This document shows, piece by piece, positions 1 to 12,495 of a DNA stretch of 64,000 nucleotides (the stretch's first letter is position 1; the number at the start of each line of letters is the position of its first letter). The DNA is from Octopus vulgaris (Eukaryota): the NCBI GenBank assembly GCA_951406725.2, contig OX597837.1, positions 16,554,001 through 16,618,000 on the forward strand. Reading direction: 5' to 3'. Below the pieces are notes generated by a model that was not told where the DNA came from, searched no databases, and saw only the letters and a list, made by a program, of their open reading frames with translations. The position numbers and the translations under genes are program-made.

Positions 1-126
1 ACCAATATTTATATTGGCTATTCGAACTCAAACTAAATGTGTTGTATCCTTCTTTCGCTTGTTCACTCACTGTAAGTGCATGTGTGTGTGTGTGTGTGTG
101 TGTGTATCAAGCAATATCACAACGAT

Positions 127-356
127 TGAACCTATAAGCATTTAAACCAACTGTATCCAGCCAAAATATTTCACTTGTTCTATGTTGAAATTGGCCATAT
201 CTGGCTTCTCGCATTGAGCATAAAATACCATCCTAAAAATCAGCAGTTACATCATAAAAATCTCAAAGCTATAAGATAATGCATGATTAGTTCAAAACAA
301 TGTGAATAAATAAGCATTACGTGTTTAACAGAATAATTTGAATGCTAAAGGCTTAA
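127..356. mobile_element. degraded piggyBac-like MITE
   Basis: Imperfect terminal inverted repeats cctataagcatttaaa / tttgaatgctaaaggc, bounded by TGAA and TTAA (a TTAA-like target site). Confidence 0.4.
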
Positions 357-912
357 CAGAGTTATTGCCACCATCATTCAATGTCTGTCTTCTGTGCTAG
401 CATGGACTGGATAGTTTGACAGAAGCTGACAAACCAAAAAGATCCAGTCTGTTTTGGCATGGTTTTTATAGCTGGATGCCCTTCTCAATGACAACCACTT
501 AACAGAGTGGACTGAGTAGTTTTTCACATGGTACCAGCACTCCTACTTTTTAACACCTCCAAACAACAATCAATTGATTATATTCTTTCCCCCTGCTCCC
601 CCAAACATCCCTTCATTGCCTGAAACCTGCTTTATACTCAGCACCACTACAGTGATTTAACTGACCATACTACACACAATTCCTTAAGCCTAAAACATAC
701 ATACTGGACCAGAAAATACATCAGATTCAATCCATTGCTGATCCTCTACAGGGCTCATGATCCACATTAGACTACTACTCCTCTATACACATCCAAGAAA
801 GTGCTGTTCAGGCTGCTGTCACACCTAGTACCGTCTTAAGGCTGCAATTCTTATCTATGTATGTTGTGGTTTACTGTCAATAAATAAATACAACAGGGCT
901 CAGAGCAGAGGG

Positions 913-1105
913 GGCTTAGTGGTTAGAGTATAGGACTCATGATTGCAAGATTATAGTTTCAATTCCTAGACCAGGCAATGCATTATGTTCTTGGAAATTT
1001 CATGTTGCTACAGTCCATTCAAGTGGCAAGAATGAGTAATCCTGAAATGGTCCAGCATCCTGTCCAAGGAGGAATATATACACCAGAGAAACTGGCCCTA
1101 TGCAA
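913..1105 (+). mobile_element. tRNA-derived SINE (V/Meta-SINE-like), degraded
   Basis: Pol III A-box ggcttagtggttagag and B-box-like gtttcaattcc, then cagcatcctgtccaaggagg...gaaactggccctatg. Confidence 0.5.
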
Positions 1106-1199
1106 CTTATGGGGTAATGTTGACTAACCATAGGGTTCAGAGCATTAATTTGCCTAGGGACCTACAATACTGCAAATACAGCTCTGGTTACACCATATA

Positions 1200-1500
1200 A
1201 AAACATCTCCAAAAGGAGGTCGTCTGACTTGCAAATTATCCTTCATCAAACACACTACAACTTCCGGTATTCAGGTGTGCTGTTTCTATTCCCTACCTAT
1301 TCTCGCGCTACTACAATGGCCTCTGCTCCACTGAGGTGGCTAGTTGCACACCGTCTTCTCTCACACCTGTCTCTCTACCTGTTGTCACATCACACCACAT
1401 ATTAAACAATTTGCCCAATCTTTCTTCCCCAGGACATCAAACCACTGTTAATTCCCATCCTGCCAATAAGCTGACCATAAATTGTATTAATCTCACCAGT
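1200..1500 (+). mobile_element. CR1/L2-group LINE 3' fragment
   Basis: Partial translation LFSRYYNGLCSTEVAS...KQFAQSFFPRTS resembles the C-terminus of CR1/L2-type ORF2. Confidence 0.5.
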
Positions 1501-1748
1501 TTAAAAAAACAAGTTTTGAACAAAAGTATTACTACCTCCCCACCAAAAAGGTTAAGTGATAGCCCACAGTTCTTCATGGGTTTTCAAAAGAAAACAAATA
1601 ATTTTTATTTATTTTTTCCTAAATTTTTACATTTGATATAATTCTCCTTTCAGCTTTCAAACTTCTACTGAAAAAGGTATACATTAGATTTTGGTAAAGT
1701 GAACCATGGAGACTCTTCTAGAAACAACAGCCAAATCATACCATACAA

Positions 1749-1892
1749 CAGTAGTTTGCAAGTGTCTGTGAGCTGACTTCAAAATTTGAATCTGTTGAGT
1801 AAACAGGACCTTTCAAAATGCATGAGATCTGTAGAAAATTCATTTCATCTAAATAAAAGGGGCACTTGGCCATAAAACGTTGGGAACCATTG
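1749..1892. mobile_element. hAT/Charlie-like MITE, degraded
   Basis: Ends cagtagtttgcaa and gttgggaaccattg resemble the CAGTGGTTCCCAA-type TIR; the 8-bp flanks match only weakly. Confidence 0.4.
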
Positions 1893-3994
1893 TCTTACCA
1901 TCTTTAAGAAAAGAAAGAAAAAAAAAAAAGCATTTGATAATGTAATCTGATTCTGGTATGGTGGTGAACCCAGATGAGAAGTTTGAATACAGCTGGAATG
2001 TTTTAATCAAAGATCTGCTTGATTGAGGCTAACACCAGAGCTAAAAAAAAAACACCAGCAGCAGCAGCAGCAATACCTACCAATACAAGTGAGACAACAG
2101 TAGAGTACTGATGATGGAAGCTAGCTAAAGTGATTAACAGACTTAACATATTTAGAACACTAATGCACACATCACCCATTGTCCACAAACACTGTCTCCT
2201 ATTGTGGACCATTCAGCAGTAGCTAATCTCTGCCATTGTCCAGCGGAACAAGGCAGTTGCCATATGACAAGCAATATGGTGATGGAATGCCAGATATAAA
2301 GAAAAACACAAATAGCAGTCAGCACAGAGTCAACACATCTAGAGCATTGATGCTTGACAACCACAATACTCTGTCCTTTTATTGTTTTTAGAGCAATGTT
2401 GGAGCATTGTCTTGAAGAGACTCAGTCAATCATATCACCAACAGGACTTACTTTGCATCTGCTGCTTATGGGTCTCTATTTAACAGACCACCATTTCATA
2501 TAAGAGACAAACACAAGCAAGGTTCCACTCAACGTCAATCTGTCATTTTCACTCACAAGGCATTGGTTAGCCCAAGGCTATAGTAGAAGATACTTGCCTA
2601 AGATGCCATGTAGTGAAACTGATCCTGAAACCATGTGACTGCAATGCAGACTTCTTGACGACAGAGCCATGTCAGTTTCCCCACCACCACCACCATAAAG
2701 CCAAACTTGAAAAATTCATTTCTTCAAGCAAGTTACAATTCTATACTTGTGAAACAAGGAGGAAGAAAACAGGATGTTGTGAGGTTCATACTTTTGTAAA
2801 GACTGTTGTTATAAGAGAAGTGAGATAATATTGCTTCAGACGAAAATCAAAACTACACAAAAACTGATATGGGTAGTGGGAATCATCACCATGGAGCAGA
2901 TTTAAAAGTGAATGACAGTGAGGGGTTGCCACTTCCTAATCAAGAACACCATAATTTAGGATCAGCTGAATTGCTAATTACATTTTTTTTTTTATGTACA
3001 CAGGCTTTTGTGTTTTTGTATATCCCTCACTCATTGAAGACTTCTTTTTCTACAACAGCTGACCTAACTGCAAAGGTAAGAGCTCTGGTGATAACTCTTG
3101 AGAAGAACAAGACTGAGCCTCTACACAGTTGCTCAGCCAGATGGAAAAAACAACATCAAATCTCTCTCAAATAAAACCCTACCATCTGAAAAATTTTAGC
3201 CTCTGCATGTCATCAACACAGTGGTTTTTGTTTCTATTTTCTAACCTACAGCTAGCACAAGTTAGTGAATTCAAGCAATCCTAAATCAAGCTAAAACATA
3301 TTTCAGAAGCTGAACCTGAACATTGTTGATTAAACATATCTAAATGTGTGTCTTCATGTTTGTCCCCTACCACCTGACAACTGGTGTTGGTTGTTTAGTG
3401 GTTTGGCAAAAACCACTGACAAGACTTAAAAAAAAGTATTGGGGTTGGTTTGTTGGACTAAAACCCTTCAAAGCAGTGCCCCAGCATGGTCACAGTCCAA
3501 TGACTGACTGAAACACGTAAAAGATATATATACTTTACCATATTAAATAATCTAGAAGGGGTCATATTTCTCATTCAGAAATATGAATTTCTCATAAAAG
3601 GTTTTACCACCAATTTTTATGGTGAAAATATAAAATATTAATGTATTCACATTGAGTCCTTTAATCCACACACACAAAAAAAAAGAATCCACAGCTGCCA
3701 TGACTGCTGCTTGACAGCAAGTTTGAACAAGACTCACAATCAGATATAGTAATAAGGTCAGACTTTAGGAGACATCTGGAATGGGGAAAAGTTTGAAGCA
3801 AAAATTGATTAAAAAAACAAAAATGAAAAGTATTATTAATATCAGACAGTCAAGTTGGCAAATCATTGAGAACAGCCAATTTCATATTGGCTAAATAATA
3901 ACAAGGCCTGAAATTTAGTGGGAAGAGGCTAATCAATTATATTGACCATGGTGCTCAACTGGTACCTATTTTAATGGTGAAAGATCTACATGAG

Positions 3995-4145
3995 ACACAT
4001 ATGGCTGTATGGTTAAGAAATTCACATGGCAACCATGTGGTTTCAGGTTCAGTCCCACTGCACAGCACCTTGGGTGTCTTCTACAATAGTTCCAAACCAG
4101 CCAAAGTATTTGTTAAGTGGAGACTGAAAGAAGCCTATCGTCATA
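3995..4145 (+). mobile_element. SINE family A (tRNA-like head plus CORE-like segment), partial
   Basis: ggctgtatggttaag...ggttcagtcccactgcacagcaccttggg; the same head recurs many times in the window. Confidence 0.7.
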
Positions 4146-4301
4146 TGTCTCATCATCATTTAGTGTCTGCTTTCCATGCTGGCATGGGTTGGACAGTTTG
4201 ACTGGAACTGGTAAGCTGGAGAGCTGCACCAAGTTCCAGTCTGATTTGGCATGGTCTCAATGGCTAGATGCACTTCCTAATGCTAAATATATATATATAT
4301 A

Positions 4302-4770
4302 CTAGCAGTATCGCCCGGCGTTGCTCGGGTTTGTTTCGACCCGCTGGAATTGGAGATAGTGTTAGTTGAAGGTTACCAAACCTGGCGCACACAGACAACT
4401 TCAGCTATTGCAATCCATTTCTCAAGAATGTCAGACTCTGATATAGCCAGCAGCTATTGTCTGATAAGGACACTGAATATCCAAAGGCTAAATCAACCAA
4501 TGTCCACTCCAAAATAGATGTATCCGTGGCTGGGCATAAGAACATCACCGAAACCTTTAATAAATTACCAGACTTTCAAAAATATTTGGATCCAGAATTC
4601 ACTGAAGAACTTACCATAACTTTATCAGCTAAAACAGAAATGATCCTGGCTGTTTGAAAAACGGCTGCAAGAAGCTTGAAACTAATATCAGAGTAATTCA
4701 CTGTAAACATTATTTAGATTAAAATTTTAAAAAATTATACCCTCAGAAATGGTGTCTCTACTAATTCTTT
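4302..4770 (-). mobile_element. non-autonomous Helitron (3' end clear, 5' end uncertain)
   Basis: The minus strand ends in a hairpin (cccga-gcaacg-ccggg), then about 10 nt, then CTAG|T, which is the canonical Helitron 3' terminus. Confidence 0.6.
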
Positions 4771-4774
4771 CAAA

Positions 4775-4947
<173 letters not shown>

Positions 4948-5034
4948 GGTCCCGGGTTGCTCAGGTTCGGGGTTAACCACAGTAAATAAGGTACTCAATA
5001 CATAGCAGAGTAAATTAATTTATTATATAGAAGG

Positions 5035-5125
5035 AGCTCCTACAGGACTAGAACTGGTTCTCATTCAAAAGAAATCATCAGGAGCTTCCTGATGATTTCA
5101 TTTTTGAATGAAATCAGAATCTGAA
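5035..5125. ncRNA. inverted pair of degenerate hammerhead ribozyme motifs (Penelope-like remnant)
   Basis: Palindrome 5061-5112 with CTGATGA...GA(A/G)A on both strands; the minus copy has GTA followed by ggagct, complementary to the upstream agctc. Confidence 0.5.
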
Positions 5126-5185
5126 AGCCTGGTCAGAGTGAGTAGAAAACAGACACTTCTATATAATAAATATATATATATATAT

Positions 5186-5266
<81 letters not shown>

Positions 5267-5368
5267 CCTGCTCGCTTAGCCAGCGGGGTGGAGTCCTTTG
5301 AAGGCTAAAACAATGCGAACGCATTGTGACCAGCGGTGTGTAACAACATCTGATGGTCTGGTCGGTCT

Positions 5369-5411
<43 letters not shown>

Positions 5412-5459
5412 CATACATACACACACACTATATATACATACATATATATATATATATAT

Positions 5460-5640
5460 AATCAATCAAAATGTAACCACATGTGAATCGTTGGCGATTT
5501 TCTTCCTCCATCATCCTTTCTATTGGACTTTCCTCTGTTTCTGAAGATGAGAATTGCTTGAAACATTAAACCATCTTCCTTTCTTTCCCCGAGCGTCTGC
5601 TAATACTTTACATGTACCACGTCCTTGTGTTGTTGTTTTT
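5460..5640 (+). mobile_element. Penelope-like pLTR remnant with degenerate hammerhead
   Basis: gttt CTGAAGA t gag-aattg-ctt GAAA cat t aaac at about 5537-5571; a related reverse copy lies at about 14390-14535. Confidence 0.45.
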
Positions 5641-6087
5641 TATACACACACACATATACTCATCATCATTTAATGTCCGTCTTCCATGCTGGCATGAGTT
5701 GCATGGTTTGACAAGAGCTGGTAAGCCTAGGGACTGAGCAAAGGTCTACTGTCTGCTCAAGCATGGTTTTTACAGCTGGATGCCCTTCCTAATATCAATC
5801 ACTTTACAATACACACACACTTGTAGATATGTATATATTGATGGTATTCCTTTTATTAACTTAATACAGATAAAATCATAAGCCAATGTGAACAAACTGC
5901 AAAACTTATAAGCCACATGAGAGAGATGGAAGATGAATGGATGAAAGCTGTTGTTGTTGGAGTGAGCAGGCCTATGGCAATCAAAGATATCCTAACAATG
6001 ACTACCTGTCCTGGGGGGGGGGGGCATTATCTATATTATAACTAAAACTCAAGTTTGTTTTCCTGCCATTTGATTAAGATGATAACA

Positions 6088-6587
6088 TTTGTAAATGAAG
6101 TAATCATTTCTCCCTTTAAATAAAAAAAGAAAATCAAGCTGAAGATGTTGACACTTCAAAGACGTGTCACAGCCATCGCTATCCGTCCTCCTTTTTTCTT
6201 TCTTTTTTCTTCCCTTAAGCGTCCTTGCAGATACCACTGTCATCCGTCCTTTTTTCTTCCCTTATTCATTTATACTGCAGAAGAATTTGCCAGTCAGCAG
6301 TTTGACTTTAAGGGTAGAGCACTCCAACTTGATATTAGAGGGGTGTGAGTTCGATGCTCATGGCTGGTTGCAGGGAAATTTTTCTGCTTTTAAAAGGATT
6401 TTATCCTTTATATATACTGTTCAGTATTTACATGTTGAAAGAAATTTATCTTTCTACTTGTTCAACTTTTGGAGTGTCGTGAATTGAAAGATAGAAATTC
6501 TCCTTATATTTTTATGAGATATTTTTTGAACCGAGGGTACTTGATTTTTTTTTTCCTTAAAGAGGAAAATTACTAATTTATTTAAAA
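6088..6587. mobile_element. MITE-like element with TIRs and an internal tRNA-like fold
   Basis: agtaatcatttctccctttaaataaaaaaagaaaatcaag pairs with cttgattttttttttccttaaagaggaaaattact; the tRNA-like core is at 6289-6368. Confidence 0.4.
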
Positions 6588-8108
6588 CTAGCAGAGATAC
6601 CCGGTATTGCCCGGTTACATTCAATTGAAGGATTAGACTTTTCTGTTACATTTTCTGTAATGAACTGGAATATCTGTTTCGAATTTCATCAAAATTGCAG
6701 ATGAGGGTTATTTCCCTCTTTACACACCCTAAAAAATTGTTATTGTGCCACATGTATCCCATACTACAGATTTTTATGCACATATTCCAAAATTCCATTG
6801 TTATTGAACCTGTTAAAAAGATTTTGGTCCTGAAAAATGAAGGTCATGGAGCTCTAAAATGTGAGAGTTAAGGCCCTTGTTGGGGGTGAGCATCTTAATG
6901 TCAACCAGAGAAGTTGAATTGTTGAGAATCTGTTTAACTTGGGTCTTATATCTATTTCTTTGAAATAGGAAATATATGTACACTGGGTTTGTAAAAGAGA
7001 GCAAAGCTACAGGAAACCTAAAGACGAATGATCACAATAAGCAATCAGTTACCCTAGTCGTTACCACTCCCAATGTAGTATTCCTCACCATCCAGGTGAC
7101 AGGCACAGCCATAAGATACATTACAAATCTATAGCAATTGGAAGGGCGTGACCCAACTGAAATCAACATTAACTGTGTGACGTGAGGGCTAAGGAGAAAT
7201 TAAAGTGTCACCTCTGGAGTTTGCAAATGACCACTATACTGATACGTAACTGGACAGAATAAATTTGCAATCTATAAATGTCTTTGAATAACCAGTCACT
7301 CATCTGGGAAGGCCTTGAAATCAATGTTACCATCTGGGGACTATGTGTGACCGAGTGATAATAAAAAGACTGAAAGGAGGTCTGCAATCAAATAAGTTTA
7401 CTCAACACTTTGCAACTGAATCAGTGGAGGCAAAGATGCCTCTCATTTACTTGACAATTTATGCACCACATTGCAGAAATCACAATGTAAGTGTATGTCA
7501 AAGCAAACTGTTACACTGTTGTACCATTGAATTAGTAATAATGCCCAACTTTTATGCTCGGGTAAACCTACAGCTTCCAAGAGCACAACTGTATTCGTTT
7601 TTGCTTAGATAAAGTAACAAAATTGTGGGTATTAAGTCCCCATGGAGGGGTCTTTCTAACTTGTAGGAAGATGAAATTTTATAAATATTACTTCATTTGT
7701 GTCTAATATCTATGGTTAAAATTTCATCAACAGCAAAAATATATGAATTCTCATGGGGCTTATGGCCCTTATGCATAGAATATAATTTCCAAATTTCATA
7801 AAGATGCATTCAGTACTTTTGACCTAGTTTTGGATCATAAAAGAAATGACTAAAATTTGGGAGATATATATATATGTAGATAGATAGATAGATATAGATA
7901 TACACACACACACATACAAAGATAAATTGAGTGGGCAAACAAAAATATGAGACAGCCTAGTGCTTTTTTGTATGTTGATAAACCTGGTACTTATTCTATT
8001 AGTTTGTTCTTGTGAAACCAGTAAGTTATGTGGATGTAAATAAATGAACAGCAGTTGTGAAGCAGTGATGAGGGAGAAACACAAAGACACACACATAGAC
8101 TTACATAT

Positions 8109-8145
<37 letters not shown>

Positions 8146-8187
8146 CGATTGATTTGTTTCAATTCCTGTCTACGAAATCCATATATA

Positions 8188-10862
8188 TTGTTGGTGGCAT
8201 TCTTTTTGTCTCGGGAGACAATGGAGTTGCGCATAAAATCTAGTCCGGCTTTTACATTTCATGTCCTAAAACATCTTCCGCTGTGGCTGTGTAGTCCTAT
8301 CCTGGACAAACACTTTCTCTGGCAGGTGCCGCAAATATAGCGAAGACTTTGCCTGGCTGGTTGTAATGTCATAGTTTCTTGTTGACGTCTTTTCTTGTCT
8401 TTCCATTTCTTCTCTCTCTTTGTCACTCCTTTGTATTCCCTCTTTTATGGTACGTGCCAATCTCCACGGTAGCTGGCAACTGCTTCCCAGTTGGTAATAT
8501 TGATGTTGCAGGCATTCGTGTCCCTTTTGCAAACATCCTTGTTTCATATGAACGGTCTTCCCACAGACGCAGTGCCCCTAGCAAGCTCTCTGTTGAGCAT
8601 GTCCTTGGGGATTCTGCCATCTTCCATACGGCTAACATGTCCAAGCCATCTCATACGTGTTTGTGTGAGGAGTGCAAACATGCTTGGTATTCCTGCTTGC
8701 TTGAGGACATGATTCTGCCATTTGATGCGAAGGATTTTCCGGAGGCAGCGCAGGTGAAAGATATTTAGGCGACACTCTTGGCGTGTGTATGGCGTCCAAG
8801 TCTCGCTTCCATACAGTAGAGTGCTAAGTACACATGCCTGGTAAATCTTCATTTTTGTGGTCTTGGTCAGCTTATTGTTGTCCCATGCCCGTTTGGAGAG
8901 TTGGGCCATCACAGCAGCTGCCTTGCCAATGCGTATACTGAGCTCAGCATCAAGGGATAGGTTGTAGGTGACAGTAGAGCCAAGATAGGTAAACTTCTCC
9001 ACCTCCTGTGGTCTCCAATATGTATGTTTGGGATGTCCGATGTAGCCTGACCCATGATGTTGGTCTTCTTGAGGCTGATAACTTAGCCAAAGTTGCCACA
9101 TACTTGCTCAAAACAGTTGATGAGCCTTTGTAGGGCTTCTTCTGTGTGTGATACCAGAGCGGCATCATCAGTAAATAGCATCTCCTTGATCAGGCCGCTT
9201 CTCATTTTGGTCTTGGCACGCAGATGCAAGAGATTGAACAGTTTCCCATCACTTCTACTGTGCAGAAACACTCCATCATCTGATGTCTCCAAGGCATGTG
9301 ACAGCAGCAGCGAGAAGATGCCAAATAATGTAGGAGCAAGGACATAACCTTGCTTTATCCCATTTTTTATTTGGAAGGCGGCTGATGTTGAACCATTGTG
9401 CTGTATGATGCCTTGCATATCATCATGGAAAGATTTGATGATCCTCAGCAGCTTTAGTGGACATTCGATTTTTTGGAGCAGGATGAAGAGGCCTTTTCTA
9501 CTTACCAAGTCAAAGCCCTTTGTCAGATCAATGAAGGCCATATATAATGGCATTTTCTGCTCTCTGGACTTCTGAAGTTGGAGTATGGAGAATATCATGC
9601 CAATAGTTGATCTGCTTCTTCTAAAGCCACACTGCGATTCTGGATAAATTCGAGAAGTAAGCAGTTGCAGCCTGGACAGGATAATGCAAGCAAAGGCCTT
9701 TCCAACAGTGCTTAGAAGAGATATACCACGGTAATTGTTACAATCACCACGGTCACCTTTGTTTTTGTAAAGCATAATGATGTTAGCATCCTGCACATCC
9801 TGAGGGACTGTACCCTCTTCCCAGCACTGACACAGAAGCCCATGAAGGTGCCGAAGCAGGATGGTGTTTATGCTGGTTTTGATGATCTCTAAGAGGATGC
9901 TGTCTTTTCCCGAAGCCTTGTTACTTGCTAGGGGAGTCAATAGCCTTGGTGAGCTCTGCTATAGATGGCAGACTGTCAAGTTCGCACATGACTGGCAAGA
10001 TCTTGACACCCTCGATTGCAGCCTCAGCTACCGTGGTCTCTCGTGAGTAGAGATCCTGGTAGTACTCCACCCATCTATCCATTTGCTTGCTTTGGTCCTT
10101 GATGAGATCTCCAGTAGTTGATTTCAGAGGGGCTGACTTGGTTGCGGATGGACCAAGGGCCTTCTTCAAACAGGCATACATCTCACTGGTGTCGTCACTG
10201 TCAGCAGCTGACTGGATACTCTGACAGATTTCCTGCCAATACCTATGTGCACAGTGTCTGGCAGTCAGTTGGGTTTTATTTCTTGCCTTTCTGAGTTCTT
10301 CGACTGACTTTGTAGAAGAATCACTCATGTTGCATCAGAGCTGCACGCTTTGCTTCGATAACTGTTTCCAGCTCTGAACCAATCTGGGTTTTGCCTTTCT
10401 CTCATGCCGAAAGTATCTATTGATGTGGTATACAAAGCTTCCCTGATATTTCACCTACTTTCAGCAGAGGAGGTTGGGCAGCTACTGAGGGCAACCTTGA
10501 TAGAAACAGCAAAATATTGTTGCAGTATAGGGTCCGAGGTTCTGGCAGTGTTAATGTGTGGTCGGCCCATTTTCTTGGAGTGATGGACTTTTTTAGGCAG
10601 AATCCTCACCCTGCTTCATATTAGTGAATGATCTGTGTCGCAATCCGTGCTGTGGTAACAACAGATCAGTTGAACAGAATTCAGAAAGGATCTTCGTGTA
10701 ACAATGAGATCAAGCTGATGCCAGTGGTGTGATCTTGGATGTCTCCAAGATGCCTTGTGGGATGTTTTGTTGGCAAAGAATGTGTTAGTGATTCACAGGT
10801 TATGGTATGTGCAAAATTCAAGTAGTCTCTGACCATTGTCATTCATGTTGCCAATACCAAAA
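8188..10862 (-). mobile_element. RTE-clade (BovB-like) LINE, 5'-truncated, frameshifted ORF2 (APE end plus RT)
   Basis: ORFs 9921-10328, 9083-9940 and 8544-9101 carry NYRGISLL, PESQCGFR, AFIDLTKGFD, LFTDD, FTYLGS, TLLYGSETW and RWLGHVSRM; GNMNDNGQRLLEFC lies at the 5' end; the 3' end reads gtctcccgagac...ccaccaacaa. Confidence 0.95.
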
Positions 10863-11009
10863 CACATACAAATTTTAATTACATATATACATACATATAT
10901 ATACGATTGATTTGTTTAAGTTTCTGTCTACGAAATCCATATATATATATGTATGTATACACACACACACACAAAGATAAATTGATAGATACAACTGAGT
11001 GGGCAAATA

Positions 11010-11362
11010 AAAATATGAGACACTGCGTAGTGCTTTTTTATATTTTGATAAGCCTGGTACTTATTCTATCAGTTTCTTTTTGTAAAACCAGTAAGTTGTG
11101 GGAATGTAAATAAACGAACATCAGTTGTGAAGCAGTGATGAGGGAGAAACACAAAGACATACACACACATAGACTTACATATATAGATACATATACATAC
11201 AATTGATTTCTTTCAGCTTCTATCTACAAAATCCACTGACAAGGCTTTGGTTGGTCTCAGGCTATAGCAGAAGACACATGCCAAGTTACCACACAGTGGG
11301 ACTGAACTGAGGACCATGTGTTTTGAAACCAAGTTTGTTACCACACAGCCACACCTGCACCT
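11010..11362 (-). mobile_element. SINE family A
   Basis: Reverse-complemented head accacacagccacacctgcacc plus the family A body. Confidence 0.75.
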
Positions 11363-11371
11363 ATGTATGTA

Positions 11372-11403
<32 letters not shown>

Positions 11404-11557
11404 TGCATATATATATGTGTACATATTACATGTATATCAATATATATATACATCTAGACATACATGTATATCTATAGAAATATAGCTATACATATACATG
11501 TATACATATACAACTTTATATATACATGTATACATATACAGCTATATATATACATTT

Positions 11558-11602
<45 letters not shown>

Positions 11603-11879
11603 CCATATACATACAATAGAGAGATGTTTTTGTTTCACTTTTAACACGTAAGACTGGAATAGTGGAGAAGATATGATGTTGCTGTGGGCTCGCCCTAGGC
11701 AAGAAGTTAGAAATTTTTTTGCCCATGACACTACATGGACCCTAAGTAAGGCATGTGTAAAATTTGAATGAAATTGGTTGTGTAGTTCTCAAGTTTTAGG
11801 GAAACACAGACAGACACATTCTCAGTTTTATATATTTTAGATAAAATGTTAATCTTTATCACCTTAATCAAAAGGGCAG

Positions 11880-12495
11880 AAAAACAGACAGAGAGACTAT
11901 CTCTTTATAGACGAAGACCAGTTGCAATGAGAAGAGTTGAATCTCATAAGAATGGAAAAACAAACAATAAATGGGCTGTATTTAATAATGAAACTTTTTT
12001 TAAGAGCATTCAAATGCCACTGCAATGTTGAAATTGTTGCCTCCGTGCGGTCAATTAAGTCATGAAGTACATGCTGAAAGGAAATGATCAAGCTGCTGTT
12101 CAAATAAACAATGAAATTAGTCAAATCTAACGGGTAGGTATATTGGACCATCTGAAGCAGTTGCATCCCTTTTAGGATTTTCAATTCAACGGCAATAGTG
12201 AGACTGCATGTTCATCTACTTGGTGAACAAAGAATACTGCTCAGAAATAATGAGGATATATATATGGCTGTCAGTGCATCAATGATGACTGTGCAAAAAC
12301 ATTTATGCTGAAAGTAGCCATGTGATTCACTTGGAAAAGTAGTAACAAAGAACGGCAAAGAAGAAAATGAGGAAAAAAAGTTGACGGTCATTTGAAAGTT
12401 TTCAAAGAAACACTTGGTTGTGTTTATGCCGTCACACCAAAGACAGGAGAACTGCATTATTTAAAAATTTTATTGAATGAAGTTCGAAATAGTAT
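11880..12495 (+). pseudogene. Helitron RepHel (Rep domain) fragment
   Basis: Across frameshifts: YRRR...NKWAV...AFKCHCNVEIVASVRSIK..MKYMLKGND...GRYIGPSEAV...IVRLHVHL...LGCVYAVTPKTGELHYLKILL, matching Helitron Rep motifs (HINVE, KYxxKG, GRY..SEA, G.IY.V.P...E.YYLR.LL). Confidence 0.85.

Larger units (their letters stand above)
6588..11841 (-). mobile_element. Lep1-like Helitron carrying nested LINE/SINE insertions
   Basis: 3' CTAG (6588-6591) with a ccgg/ccgg hairpin; putative 5' A|TC end followed by ataaaactgagaatgtgtctgtctgtg at 11841. Pairing the two ends is inference. Confidence 0.5.

Noticed and set aside
6289-6368. Functional tRNA-Ile(GAT)
   Set aside because: The D-arm is aberrant, the anticodon stem is mismatched and the sequence is embedded in a repeat; it is treated as tRNA-like only.
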